Sequence record: SRR20825019_1533
Direction: 5' to 3' (one strand)
DNA length: 58,277 nucleotides
Shown: positions 50,417-58,277 of the stretch, in pieces
How positions within the stretch are numbered: position 1 is the first letter of the stretch
Layout of the letters: each line of letters opens with the position of its first letter
The notes under the pieces: model-generated
Databases searched by the model: none
Told to the model about the DNA's origin: nothing
The model's input: the letters and a program-made list of their open reading frames with translations, nothing else
Program-made: the position numbers and the translations under genes

Positions 50417-52360
50417 TTATTCCACTGTCACTGATTTTGCAAGATTACGAGGCTGATCGACGTCCGTTCCCTTGATCAGTGCCACGTGATAACTCAACAG
50501 TTGTAATAATATGTTGTAGGTAATGGGCGCGGTAATCCGGCCGACATTGGTGGTAGCCTTTACAACTTTAAAGCTGGTTTCAGAGCTTATATCGCTGCGC
50601 TCATCCTCAAACACAATCATTTGTCCACCACGTGCTTTAACTTCCTGCAGGTTGGATTTGAGCTTTTCCAGTAAATCATCCAGTGGCGCGATGGCAATCA
50701 CTGGCATCATTTCATCAATCAGCGCTAATGGCCCATGTTTGAGTTCACCGGCCGGATAGGCCTCAGCATGGATATAACTGATCTCTTTCAGCTTGAGCGC
50801 ACCTTCCAGTGCAATCGGATACATGGTGCCCCGGCCCAAAAACAAAGCATGCTGCTTGTCAGCAAAGTCCTCTGAAATCTGGCGGATTTCTTCTTCGTGT
50901 CCCAGCGCCATGGTGATGAGATTGGGCAGTTTCTGCAGACCACCGGCTATCAGGGCTTCACGGCCATCATCCAGGCGATTCTGCACTTTACCGATACTGG
51001 TCAGCAATAGAGCCAGAGCAACCAGTTGTGTAGTGAATGCTTTAGTGGAGGCAACACCAATTTCAGGTCCGGCATGAGTCAGAAAAACCAGATCGGCTTC
51101 GCGGGTCAAGCTACTTTCTGCGACATTGCAGATACTCAGCGTGGGGATATTCAAAGCTTCTGATTCTGCACCGACGAGATCAGGTTTATTGAGATGCGCC
51201 TTAGGATCATCACTGGCACGCCGACGCAAGGCCGTTGTTTTGTTTTGACGCAAGGCATTGATTTGTTGCAGAGCAGCAAGGGTGTCAGCAGTTTCGCCGG
51301 ACTGGCTGATGGTGACAAACAGAGTGTGATTTTCAATCACCGGGTTTCGATAACGGAATTCACTGGCGACTTCGACCTGACAGGGCATGCCGATAATATC
51401 TTCAGCCCAGTATTTAGCCACCATGCCGGCATGATAGCTGGTGCCACAGGCAATGATGTGGATACGGTTGACACTGGCAAACACAGACTCTGCATTATGA
51501 CCGAAGCTCGATACCAGAATCTGATCCTGAGTCATACGTCCTTCGAGCGTGTCGATAACCGCCTGTGGCTGTTCGAAGATTTCCTTGTGCATGTAATGCC
51601 GATGGGCGCCAAGTTCGACTGAGGTCAGATTCAGGTTGGAATGTTTGATCGGACGCTCAACCCGTTCGCCGGTCAGCACATTAAAGATCTCAACCCTGTC
51701 ACGTGTCAGCCGGGCTACATCGCCATCTTCCAGAAAAATGAAGTTCTGGGTGACAGGCAGCAATGCCGAAACATCGGAAGCAATAAAGTGTTCACCGATA
51801 CCAATCCCGATCACCAATGGACTGCCCTTTCTGGCAGCAACCAGTGTGTCAGGGTTATTGGTTGCCATTACACCCAGCGCATAAGCACCTTCGAAGGATT
51901 TCAGCGAAGCCATCACAGCTTCCAATAGGTCATCCGTGCTTTCCAGTTGCTCGAAAATTTCATGAGCAACGACTTCGGTATCCGTTTCAGAAGTAAAACG
52001 ATAACCTGATTCGAGCTGACGTTTTTTCAGTGACTGGTAATTTTCGATAATGCCATTGTGAACAACCGCCACTTTGTTGTTACAAACATGTGGGTGAGCA
52101 TTATTTTCTGAGGGAATGCCATGTGTCGCCCAGCGTGTGTGAGCAATGCCTAGCTGACCGGAAAAAGGCGCTTCAAGCGCATCCATTTTAGCTTCGAGTT
52201 GCTTGATTTTACCCATGGACCGCACGCGTTGAAGCGCATTGTCTGAATCAAGCAAGGCAATACCGGATGAATCATAACCTCGATATTCAAGCCGTCTGAG
52301 CCCTTCAATAAGGATGGGGGCAACATTACGCTCGGCAATTCCTCCGACGATTCCACACAC
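50417..52360 (-). CDS. glmS: Glutamine--fructose-6-phosphate transaminase
   Basis: N-terminal CGIVG, HTRWATHG, SQSGETAD, VASTKAFT and PRNLAKSVTVE motifs. Confidence 0.98.
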   Translation of the reverse strand: MCGIVGGIAERNVAPILIEGLRRLEYRGYDSSGIALLDSDNALQRVRSMGKIKQLEAKMDALEAPFSGQLGIAHTRWATHGIPSENNAHPHVCNNKVAVVHNGIIENYQSLKKRQLESGYRFTSETDTEVVAHEIFEQLESTDDLLEAVMASLKSFEGAYALGVMATNNPDTLVAARKGSPLVIGIGIGEHFIASDVSALLPVTQNFIFLEDGDVARLTRDRVEIFNVLTGERVERPIKHSNLNLTSVELGAHRHYMHKEIFEQPQAVIDTLEGRMTQDQILVSSFGHNAESVFASVNRIHIIACGTSYHAGMVAKYWAEDIIGMPCQVEVASEFRYRNPVIENHTLFVTISQSGETADTLAALQQINALRQNKTTALRRRASDDPKAHLNKPDLVGAESEALNIPTLSICNVAESSLTREADLVFLTHAGPEIGVASTKAFTTQLVALALLLTSIGKVQNRLDDGREALIAGGLQKLPNLITMALGHEEEIRQISEDFADKQHALFLGRGTMYPIALEGALKLKEISYIHAEAYPAGELKHGPLALIDEMMPVIAIAPLDDLLEKLKSNLQEVKARGGQMIVFEDERSDISSETSFKVVKATTNVGRITAPITYNILLQLLSYHVALIKGTDVDQPRNLAKSVTVE

Positions 52361-52499
52361 GTTAAATAATTCCTCGTTCGTTCAAAATTGCATTATACAG
52401 AACAACGGTTTTTTTATAGTTGAAATGGTTCTGAAAGAAGTCATATGTGAATTTTTAGTCACAGGCTAATTCGCTTTGTCAGGCTGACGTTATTTATTT

Positions 52500-52565
52500 T
52501 GTCATCGTGAGTTTGCCTAAGGATCTTTCCGGGCATGAGATACCTCGCTAGCGCTCGGCATGACA
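52500..52565. repeat. Degenerate REP-like palindromic element
   Basis: TGTCAT..GAG...AAGGATCT / AGATACCT...CTC..ATGACA imperfect inverted repeat just downstream of the CapD-like gene. Confidence 0.55.
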
Positions 52566-52573
52566 TAGTTTGG

Positions 52574-54550
52574 CTATTCTCTGATGCGTTCCTGCAACTT
52601 TTCAGACTCAGGCAGCTCACTCTGTAACCAGTCATTCAAATCACACTGGGGCTCGAAGCCCTCAATAGTTGATAGCAGCAGATTACGAGACTGGACACTA
52701 TCGTCAGTTTCATTAGCTTGGGACATAGATTGCAGAATCGTTTGTAGAGTTTGCCATGGAATCACGCTCTCTTCCGCCCGCATGATTTTGGGATGCGCCG
52801 TTTGGGTTACATTGTCGCCTATCAGTAACTCTTCGTAGAGCTTCTCGCCGGGCCTGAGACCTGTGAACTGAATTTCGATATCACCATCTGGGTAGCTCTG
52901 GTCCCTGACACTAAAACCACTCAGATGAACCATTCTCCTGGCCAGTTCCAGAATTTTGACCGGCTCGCCCATATCCAGCACAAAGACATCACCACCCTGC
53001 CCCATGGCACCGGCTTGTATCACCAGCTCTGCAGCTTCCGGTATAGTCATAAAATAGCGGATAATTTCGGGATCTGTAACGGTTACCGGCCCACCAGTAG
53101 CAATTTGCTCGCGAAACAGCGGCACGACCGAACCGGATGACCCCAGTACATTACCGAAACGAACCATGGTGAAACGGGTTTCTTGATGTAACTCTGGAGA
53201 CTGTGCGAGTGCCTGCAACACCAATTCGGCCATCCGTTTGGTAGCTCCCATGGTGTTGGTCGGCCGCACCGCCTTGTCAGTGGAAACCAGTACAAAGGTT
53301 TCGACGCTGCATTTAATCGCAGCCTGGGCGGTGTGCAAAGTACCGAAGACATTATTTCGAATACCTTCGTTGGTATTTCTTTCCACAATTGGTACGTGTT
53401 TGTAGGCTGCAGCGTGATAAATGGTCTGGACGTGAAAATGTTTGCAAACCGATTCAACCCGGCTCTGATTTAACACCGAGCCTAAAACTGGTCTCAACGG
53501 CACGGTTGAACTGAACCTTTCCAGCTCTTTTTCAATTTGATACAGACTGAATTCACTGATTTCATACAGGATCAGTGCTTTCGGCCCCAAATGTATGATT
53601 TGACGGCATAACTCAGAACCGATAGAACCGCCGGCTCCAGTCACCATGACGATCTTGCCTCTGATATTACTGTGCAAGAGTGTTTGGTCGGGTCTGACAG
53701 GCTCCCTGCCCAGCAAATCGCCAATATCCACTTCCTGAATATCGGAGACTTCTATTTTACCTTCGGCAATATCCATCAAGTCTGGCAAGGTGCGGACATG
53801 AACCGGGTATTTCTCCAGCCGCTGTAAAATTTCACTTCTTCGCCTGCGCGAAGCTGAAGGCATGGCTAACAAGATGTCCCTGACATGATAACGCTCGATC
53901 AGACCGACCAGTTGGTCAAACGAATAGACGGTAAGGCCGTTAATTTGTTGATGTAATAAAGTCAGATCATCATCAATAAAGGCGACCGGCCGCATCTGAT
54001 TGCTCATTTTAAGCATCGCAACCAACTGTGCACCGGCTTGACCGGCACCATAAACCAGCACAGGCGGCACAAAACGTTCGGTGTTCAGTACAGCCCAGTT
54101 CTGCTGCTGACTATGCGTAAAAAGCCAGCGCGCCAACATCCTACTGCCGCCGACAAACAACATGACAATAACGGCATTAATCCCATAGACCGTTCTCGGC
54201 ACAAGACCAGCGAGATCACCGGCCGTCAGTACAATCACAGCAAAAATCAGCGTAAAAAGAATCACCGCCCGGCTGATCGCCCACAAAGCATCAATGCCGA
54301 TATAACGAATGACCGCTCTATAGAGACCCAGTTTTATAAAGATGGGAACAGCTATCGCCGGTGCTAACAGAAAGATCCAAAGCTGCTGTGTAGGAGGAGA
54401 ATAGAACTCGCCAAGACGTAATGAAAACGCTGCCCATAAAGCAACAATGACCACCAAGATATCTACACTGAGACTGATAAGCCGTTTCACTTTGCGTGAA
54501 CGGTTTAAAAACCACTGACCGAGCGCGGCGAATGCTGCTGATTGCGTCAA
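52574..54550 (-). CDS. Membrane-bound UDP-GlcNAc 4,6-dehydratase (CapD/WbpM/PglF family)
   Basis: Four N-terminal TM segments; YGAG, TGAGGSIGSEL, HAAAYKHVP, STDKAV and RFGNVLGSSGSV motifs. Confidence 0.93.
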   Translation of the reverse strand: MTQSAAFAALGQWFLNRSRKVKRLISLSVDILVVIVALWAAFSLRLGEFYSPPTQQLWIFLLAPAIAVPIFIKLGLYRAVIRYIGIDALWAISRAVILFTLIFAVIVLTAGDLAGLVPRTVYGINAVIVMLFVGGSRMLARWLFTHSQQQNWAVLNTERFVPPVLVYGAGQAGAQLVAMLKMSNQMRPVAFIDDDLTLLHQQINGLTVYSFDQLVGLIERYHVRDILLAMPSASRRRRSEILQRLEKYPVHVRTLPDLMDIAEGKIEVSDIQEVDIGDLLGREPVRPDQTLLHSNIRGKIVMVTGAGGSIGSELCRQIIHLGPKALILYEISEFSLYQIEKELERFSSTVPLRPVLGSVLNQSRVESVCKHFHVQTIYHAAAYKHVPIVERNTNEGIRNNVFGTLHTAQAAIKCSVETFVLVSTDKAVRPTNTMGATKRMAELVLQALAQSPELHQETRFTMVRFGNVLGSSGSVVPLFREQIATGGPVTVTDPEIIRYFMTIPEAAELVIQAGAMGQGGDVFVLDMGEPVKILELARRMVHLSGFSVRDQSYPDGDIEIQFTGLRPGEKLYEELLIGDNVTQTAHPKIMRAEESVIPWQTLQTILQSMSQANETDDSVQSRNLLLSTIEGFEPQCDLNDWLQSELPESEKLQERIRE

Positions 54551-54614
54551 ACTATCATTCCGTCGATTAAGAATATTCGGCCATTATTCCATGCCTGGGG
54601 AATCAACGGCAAAA

Positions 54615-55505
54615 CTATGTTTGAAAGTCCTGCAGTACCAGACTCAGGCTCTGTCGCCAATCAGGCAACCGAATGCCCAAACGATTTTCGACCAGCGAAT
54701 TATCAAGTACAGAAAACCGCGGCCGTTGTGCGGCGGTTGGATAGGCATCAGTGCTGATGGCGGTGAGAACAGGAACAGACTGATCCTTTGCTTCCAGCTC
54801 ATCAAATATTGCTTTAGCAAAGTCATGCCATGAGGTGGAGCCGGCATTGGTCAAATGATAAGTGCCATTGTTCTGCTGCCAGAATTTTTTTCCTTCACGT
54901 GTTGCCATCGCGACAACTGCGGCTACCGCCTCGGCAATATGCCTTGACCAGGTGGGTGAGCCAATTTGATCACTGACGATATTTAAACTCTCTCTTTCGG
55001 TAGCCAGTCGCCGCATCGTGTTAAGAAAATTAGCTCCACGCAGACCATAAACCCAGCTGGTTCTGAAAATGCAATGCATGGCCTGACTTTTCCGGATTGC
55101 CTCTTCTCCTGCCAGTTTGCTCTCGCCATAGACGTTGATTGGGTGAGTTAAGTCATCTTCTTTATAGGCTCGCTGCCCTTGCCCGTCAAAAACATAGTCG
55201 GTGGAGAAGTGAATCACGGGAATATCCAGTGATGCGCAGGCTGAGGCTATCGCTGCTGGTGCTCTGGCATTGATCTGCCAGGCAAGCTCGCTTTCCTGCT
55301 CAGCTTTATCAACGGCCGTATAGGCTGCGGCGTTAATCACTAAATCCGGTTGGATCTGCCGGATTTTTTCAGCGATTTGTTTATCAGACATCCGCATATC
55401 GAAGTTTTTGCGAGTGGGTGTGACAAGTTCAGCCAGAGGCCCCAACGTTCTCACCAATTCATATCCGACCTGGCCCGTCGCCCCTAAGAGTAATACCCGC
55501 TTCAT
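54615..55505 (-). CDS. rmlD: dTDP-4-dehydrorhamnose reductase
   Basis: GATGQVG, NAAAYTAVDKAE, STDYVFDG, YGESKLAGE and DQIGSPT motifs. Confidence 0.96.
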   Translation of the reverse strand: MKRVLLLGATGQVGYELVRTLGPLAELVTPTRKNFDMRMSDKQIAEKIRQIQPDLVINAAAYTAVDKAEQESELAWQINARAPAAIASACASLDIPVIHFSTDYVFDGQGQRAYKEDDLTHPINVYGESKLAGEEAIRKSQAMHCIFRTSWVYGLRGANFLNTMRRLATERESLNIVSDQIGSPTWSRHIAEAVAAVVAMATREGKKFWQQNNGTYHLTNAGSTSWHDFAKAIFDELEAKDQSVPVLTAISTDAYPTAAQRPRFSVLDNSLVENRLGIRLPDWRQSLSLVLQDFQT

Positions 55506-56050
55506 GGGTAAGTCTCAGCCTTTGATAACGGCATGCCTCGTTGATCTTTGTCCGACAATATCGGCTGCGAGGTCAATGGCCACTCAATAGCCAGCTCAGG
55601 ATCATTCCACAACAAGGTGCGTTCATGCTCGGGCGCATAAAAATCAGTGGCTTTATAGAGAAACTCGGCTTTTTCACTCAACACCAGAAAACCATGGGCA
55701 AAACCGGGCGGTATCCACATCTGCTCATGATTATCAGCCGTCAGAACGGTGCTGACCGCTTGGCCGAAGTGGGGAGAACTTTTTCTCAGATCCACCGCGA
55801 CATCAAAAACTTCGCCACGAGTGACCCGGACTAGCTTGCCTTGCGGCTGCTGGATTTGATAGTGAAGGCCTCTGAGTACATTTTTTGTTGAAGCAGAATG
55901 ATTATCCTGCACGAATTCAATGTTGTTACCGACCAGTTCATTGAAAACACGGCGGTTATAACTTTCCATAAAAAAACCACGCTCATCTTGAAAAACGCGT
56001 GGCTTGAGAATTTTGACTTCGGGTATCGCGGTTTCTATAACATTCATCAA
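55502..56050 (-). CDS. rmlC: dTDP-4-dehydrorhamnose 3,5-epimerase
   Basis: DERGFF, FVQDNHS, LRGLHYQ and GFAHGF motifs. Confidence 0.97.
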   Translation of the reverse strand: MMNVIETAIPEVKILKPRVFQDERGFFMESYNRRVFNELVGNNIEFVQDNHSASTKNVLRGLHYQIQQPQGKLVRVTRGEVFDVAVDLRKSSPHFGQAVSTVLTADNHEQMWIPPGFAHGFLVLSEKAEFLYKATDFYAPEHERTLLWNDPELAIEWPLTSQPILSDKDQRGMPLSKAETYP

Positions 56051-56934
56051 TAAAGTCTTTCTTTCACTATTTGCAGCAGATAATCACCATAGCCACTTTT
56101 CAAAAGCGGGTTGGCCAGCCGTTCAAGCTGCTCTGCTGAAATAAAACCTTGTCGATATGCAATCTCTTCAGGACACATCACTTTCAGGCCCTGCCGTTTT
56201 TCAATCGTTTGAATAAACTGCGAAGCTTCCAGCAGCGAATCATGGGTACCGGTATCCAGCCAGGCCATGCCCCGCCCCATCATCTCGACGTTGAGTTCAT
56301 TTTTATCAAGATAGGTCTGGTTAACGTCGGTAATTTCCAGCTCGCCCCGGGCTGAGGGTTTGAGTGATGCGGCAATATCCACCACGCTGTTATCGTAGAA
56401 ATAAAGACCCGTGACTGCATAGCGGGACTTGGGTTCTGATGGTTTTTCTTCAATCGATAAAGCTTTGCCATCGGTATCAAACTCAACGACGCCATAACGC
56501 TCGGGATCAACTACCGGATAGGCAAACACAGTGGCGCCAGTTGTTCGCGCATCAGCACTTGTCATTAAGTGTTCAAGATCATGACCGTAGTAAACATTAT
56601 CCCCGAGTATCAGTGCCACGGAATCGGAACCGATGAAGTCACTGGCCAGCGTAAATGCCTGAGCAATGCCTTCCGGCTTTTCCTGAATAACATAACTCAG
56701 CGTCAGTCCCCACTGCTCTCCATCGCCAAGCAATTGCTGGAGTCTTGGGGTGTCCTGTGGCGTCGAGATGATGCAGATTTCGCGAATCCCTGCCAGCATC
56801 AATGTGGACAGCGGATAGTAAATCATCGGTTTATCGTAAACCGGCAGAAGCTGTTTGCTGATTGACTGTGTGACAGGATGCAACCGAGTGCCGCTGCCAC
56901 CGGCAAGCACAATCCCTTTACGTTTTGCCATCAT
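56047..56934 (-). CDS. rmlA: Glucose-1-phosphate thymidylyltransferase
   Basis: [31 protein letters not shown] and WLDTGT motifs. Confidence 0.98.
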   Translation of the reverse strand: MMAKRKGIVLAGGSGTRLHPVTQSISKQLLPVYDKPMIYYPLSTLMLAGIREICIISTPQDTPRLQQLLGDGEQWGLTLSYVIQEKPEGIAQAFTLASDFIGSDSVALILGDNVYYGHDLEHLMTSADARTTGATVFAYPVVDPERYGVVEFDTDGKALSIEEKPSEPKSRYAVTGLYFYDNSVVDIAASLKPSARGELEITDVNQTYLDKNELNVEMMGRGMAWLDTGTHDSLLEASQFIQTIEKRQGLKVMCPEEIAYRQGFISAEQLERLANPLLKSGYGDYLLQIVKERLY

Positions 56935-57997
56935 TTCCCCCAAGCCCTAATCTTTGCTGCTGGTAGCTGCCATCTATAATATGCTGGTTCCATTCGCGAT
57001 TGTTCAGGTACCACGCCACTGTCTTGCGTAGACCGGAATCAAATGTTTCACGTGGCTGCCACCCCAGTTCATTTTGTATTTTTGTTGCATCAATAGCGTA
57101 GCGCAGATCATGACCTGGTCGGTCTGTCACAAATTCCAGCAGATTCTTATGCGGCCTATATGCAGAGTCTGGAAGCAGTTCATCCAGAATTTCACACAAC
57201 TTGTTAACGACATCCAGATTGGAATGCTCATTAAAGCCACCGATGTTGTAACACTCACCAACTTCCCCTTTTTCCAGCACCAGATGCAAGGCCTCAACGT
57301 GATCATCCACATAAAGCCAGTCCCGAATATTCAGTCCATTGCCATAAACCGGGAGTTTTTTCCCCATTAGAGCATTATTGATCATCAGCGGAATCAATTT
57401 TTCAGGGAATTGATAAGGACCATAGTTATTGGAACAGTTAGTCAGAACAACAGGCAAACCATAGGTGTGGTACCAGGCACGAACAAGATGATCACTGCCG
57501 GCTTTAGTGGCCGAATAAGGTGAGCTCGGTTGGTAGGGACTGGTTTCCATAAACAGCCCCGTTTCGCCGAGTGAGCCGTAGACCTCATCGGTAGAGATAT
57601 GATGAAACCGGAATGCCTGCTTGTCTTCATCAGCTAGCGCCGACCAGTACTTTCTGGCCGCTTCCAGCAAGGTATAGGTGCCGACAAGGTTGGTTTGGAC
57701 AAACTCAGCCGGACCATCTATGGAGCGATCGACATGGGATTCTGCCGCCAGGTGCATAATTCCGTGAGGGCGAAATTCAGAAAAGATATCTGCCATTTTT
57801 ACCGCATCGCAAATATCCGCTTGAATAAAGCGATAATTGGCATGGTTTTCAACCTCTGTCAGTGACTCAAGGTTGCCTGCGTAAGTCAGCTTATCGATGT
57901 TTATTACACGATAGTCGCACGCACGAAGTAAATAACGAATAAGTGCAGAACCGATAAAACCGGCGCCGCCAGTAACAAGGAGTGTTTTTTGAGTCAC
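56918..57997 (-). CDS. rmlB: dTDP-glucose 4,6-dehydratase
   Basis: [34 protein letters not shown] and DRPGHD motifs. Confidence 0.98.
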   Translation of the reverse strand: MTQKTLLVTGGAGFIGSALIRYLLRACDYRVINIDKLTYAGNLESLTEVENHANYRFIQADICDAVKMADIFSEFRPHGIMHLAAESHVDRSIDGPAEFVQTNLVGTYTLLEAARKYWSALADEDKQAFRFHHISTDEVYGSLGETGLFMETSPYQPSSPYSATKAGSDHLVRAWYHTYGLPVVLTNCSNNYGPYQFPEKLIPLMINNALMGKKLPVYGNGLNIRDWLYVDDHVEALHLVLEKGEVGECYNIGGFNEHSNLDVVNKLCEILDELLPDSAYRPHKNLLEFVTDRPGHDLRYAIDATKIQNELGWQPRETFDSGLRKTVAWYLNNREWNQHIIDGSYQQQRLGLGGNDGKT

Positions 57998-58111
57998 AGC
58001 TAAGATTCAATCTTTCAGTTGGAGTAATGCCAAGCGAATGTAGCACTGAGCAGACGCAGAGACAACTGAATCTATTTTTTGAGATAAAATGGGGAATTTG
58101 AAACAAGCAAG

Positions 58112-58188
58112 TGGCGCGCCCGGCAGGACTCGAACCTGCTACCCTCGGCTTAGAAGGCCGATGCTCTATCCAGATGAGCTACGGGCGC
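58112..58188 (-). tRNA. tRNA-Arg (TCT)
   Basis: GCGCCCGTAGCTCATCTGGATAGAGCATCGGCCTTCTAAGCCGAGGGTAGCAGGTTCGAGTCCTGCCGGGCGCGCCA: cloverleaf, anticodon TCT, CCA end. Confidence 0.97.
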
Positions 58189-58236
58189 ATCGTGACATTT
58201 GGTCTAAGCGAGGACAATGAAAATAAGTGAGGGAAG

Positions 58237-58277
58237 TGGTCGGGGCAGAGAGATTCGAACTCCCGACCCTCTGGTCC
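58237..58277 (-). tRNA. tRNA, 3' half only (probably tRNA-Pro), cut by the window edge
   Basis: GGACCAGAGGGTCGGGAGTTCGAATCTCTCTGCCCCGACCA shows a T-arm and a CCGACCA acceptor end typical of Pro; the anticodon is not fully visible. Confidence 0.85.

Noticed and set aside
52446-52463. TGTGA-N8-TCACA upstream of glmS as a CRP site
   Set aside because: The spacer is 8 bp rather than the canonical 6 bp; it could be another regulator's dyad, but there is no support.
56614-56625. TGCCACGGAATC in rmlA, identical to the start of a repeat arm (also GCCACGGAA near 15159 in pyrH)
   Set aside because: These are single units without triple structure or a partner arm, and they encode conserved residues (DSVA; FRG). 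Probably chance.

Overview
Gammaproteobacterial chromosomal window; the gene set and protein sequences resemble a marine Methylophaga/Thiotrichales-type organism (inference). Positions 1-21 kb are conserved core genes: der-bamB-yfgM, a stand-alone ammonium transporter with NtrC/sigma54 signals, the rpsB-tsf-pyrH-frr-uppS-cdsA-dxr-rseP-bamA-skp-lpxD-fabZ-lpxA cluster, map-glnD and comEA. Positions 21-58 kb are a mosaic, visibly more AT-rich surface-polysaccharide region on the minus strand, running from a tRNA-Pro/tRNA-Arg pair through rmlBACD, a CapD/WbpM dehydratase, glmS, ugd, an EPS-associated MarR regulator, wbpA-B-D-E/I, a dTDP-Fuc4N module, flippase(s), glycosyltransferases, an L-QuiNAc-type module, cysC and a DHH protein. 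The most unusual element is an ~820-bp cassette between wbpD and wbpE. It is bounded by 12-bp perfect inverted repeats and encodes a GxxExxY (PD-(D/E)XK-type) protein, followed by two tandem ~170-bp hairpin units. These share a scaffold with compensatory base changes but carry unrelated 19-nt central segments. A 77-bp copy of the same repeat family sits in frame inside wbpE. Ugd and GlmS also carry in-frame insertions. All calls were made by eye; no database search was run.
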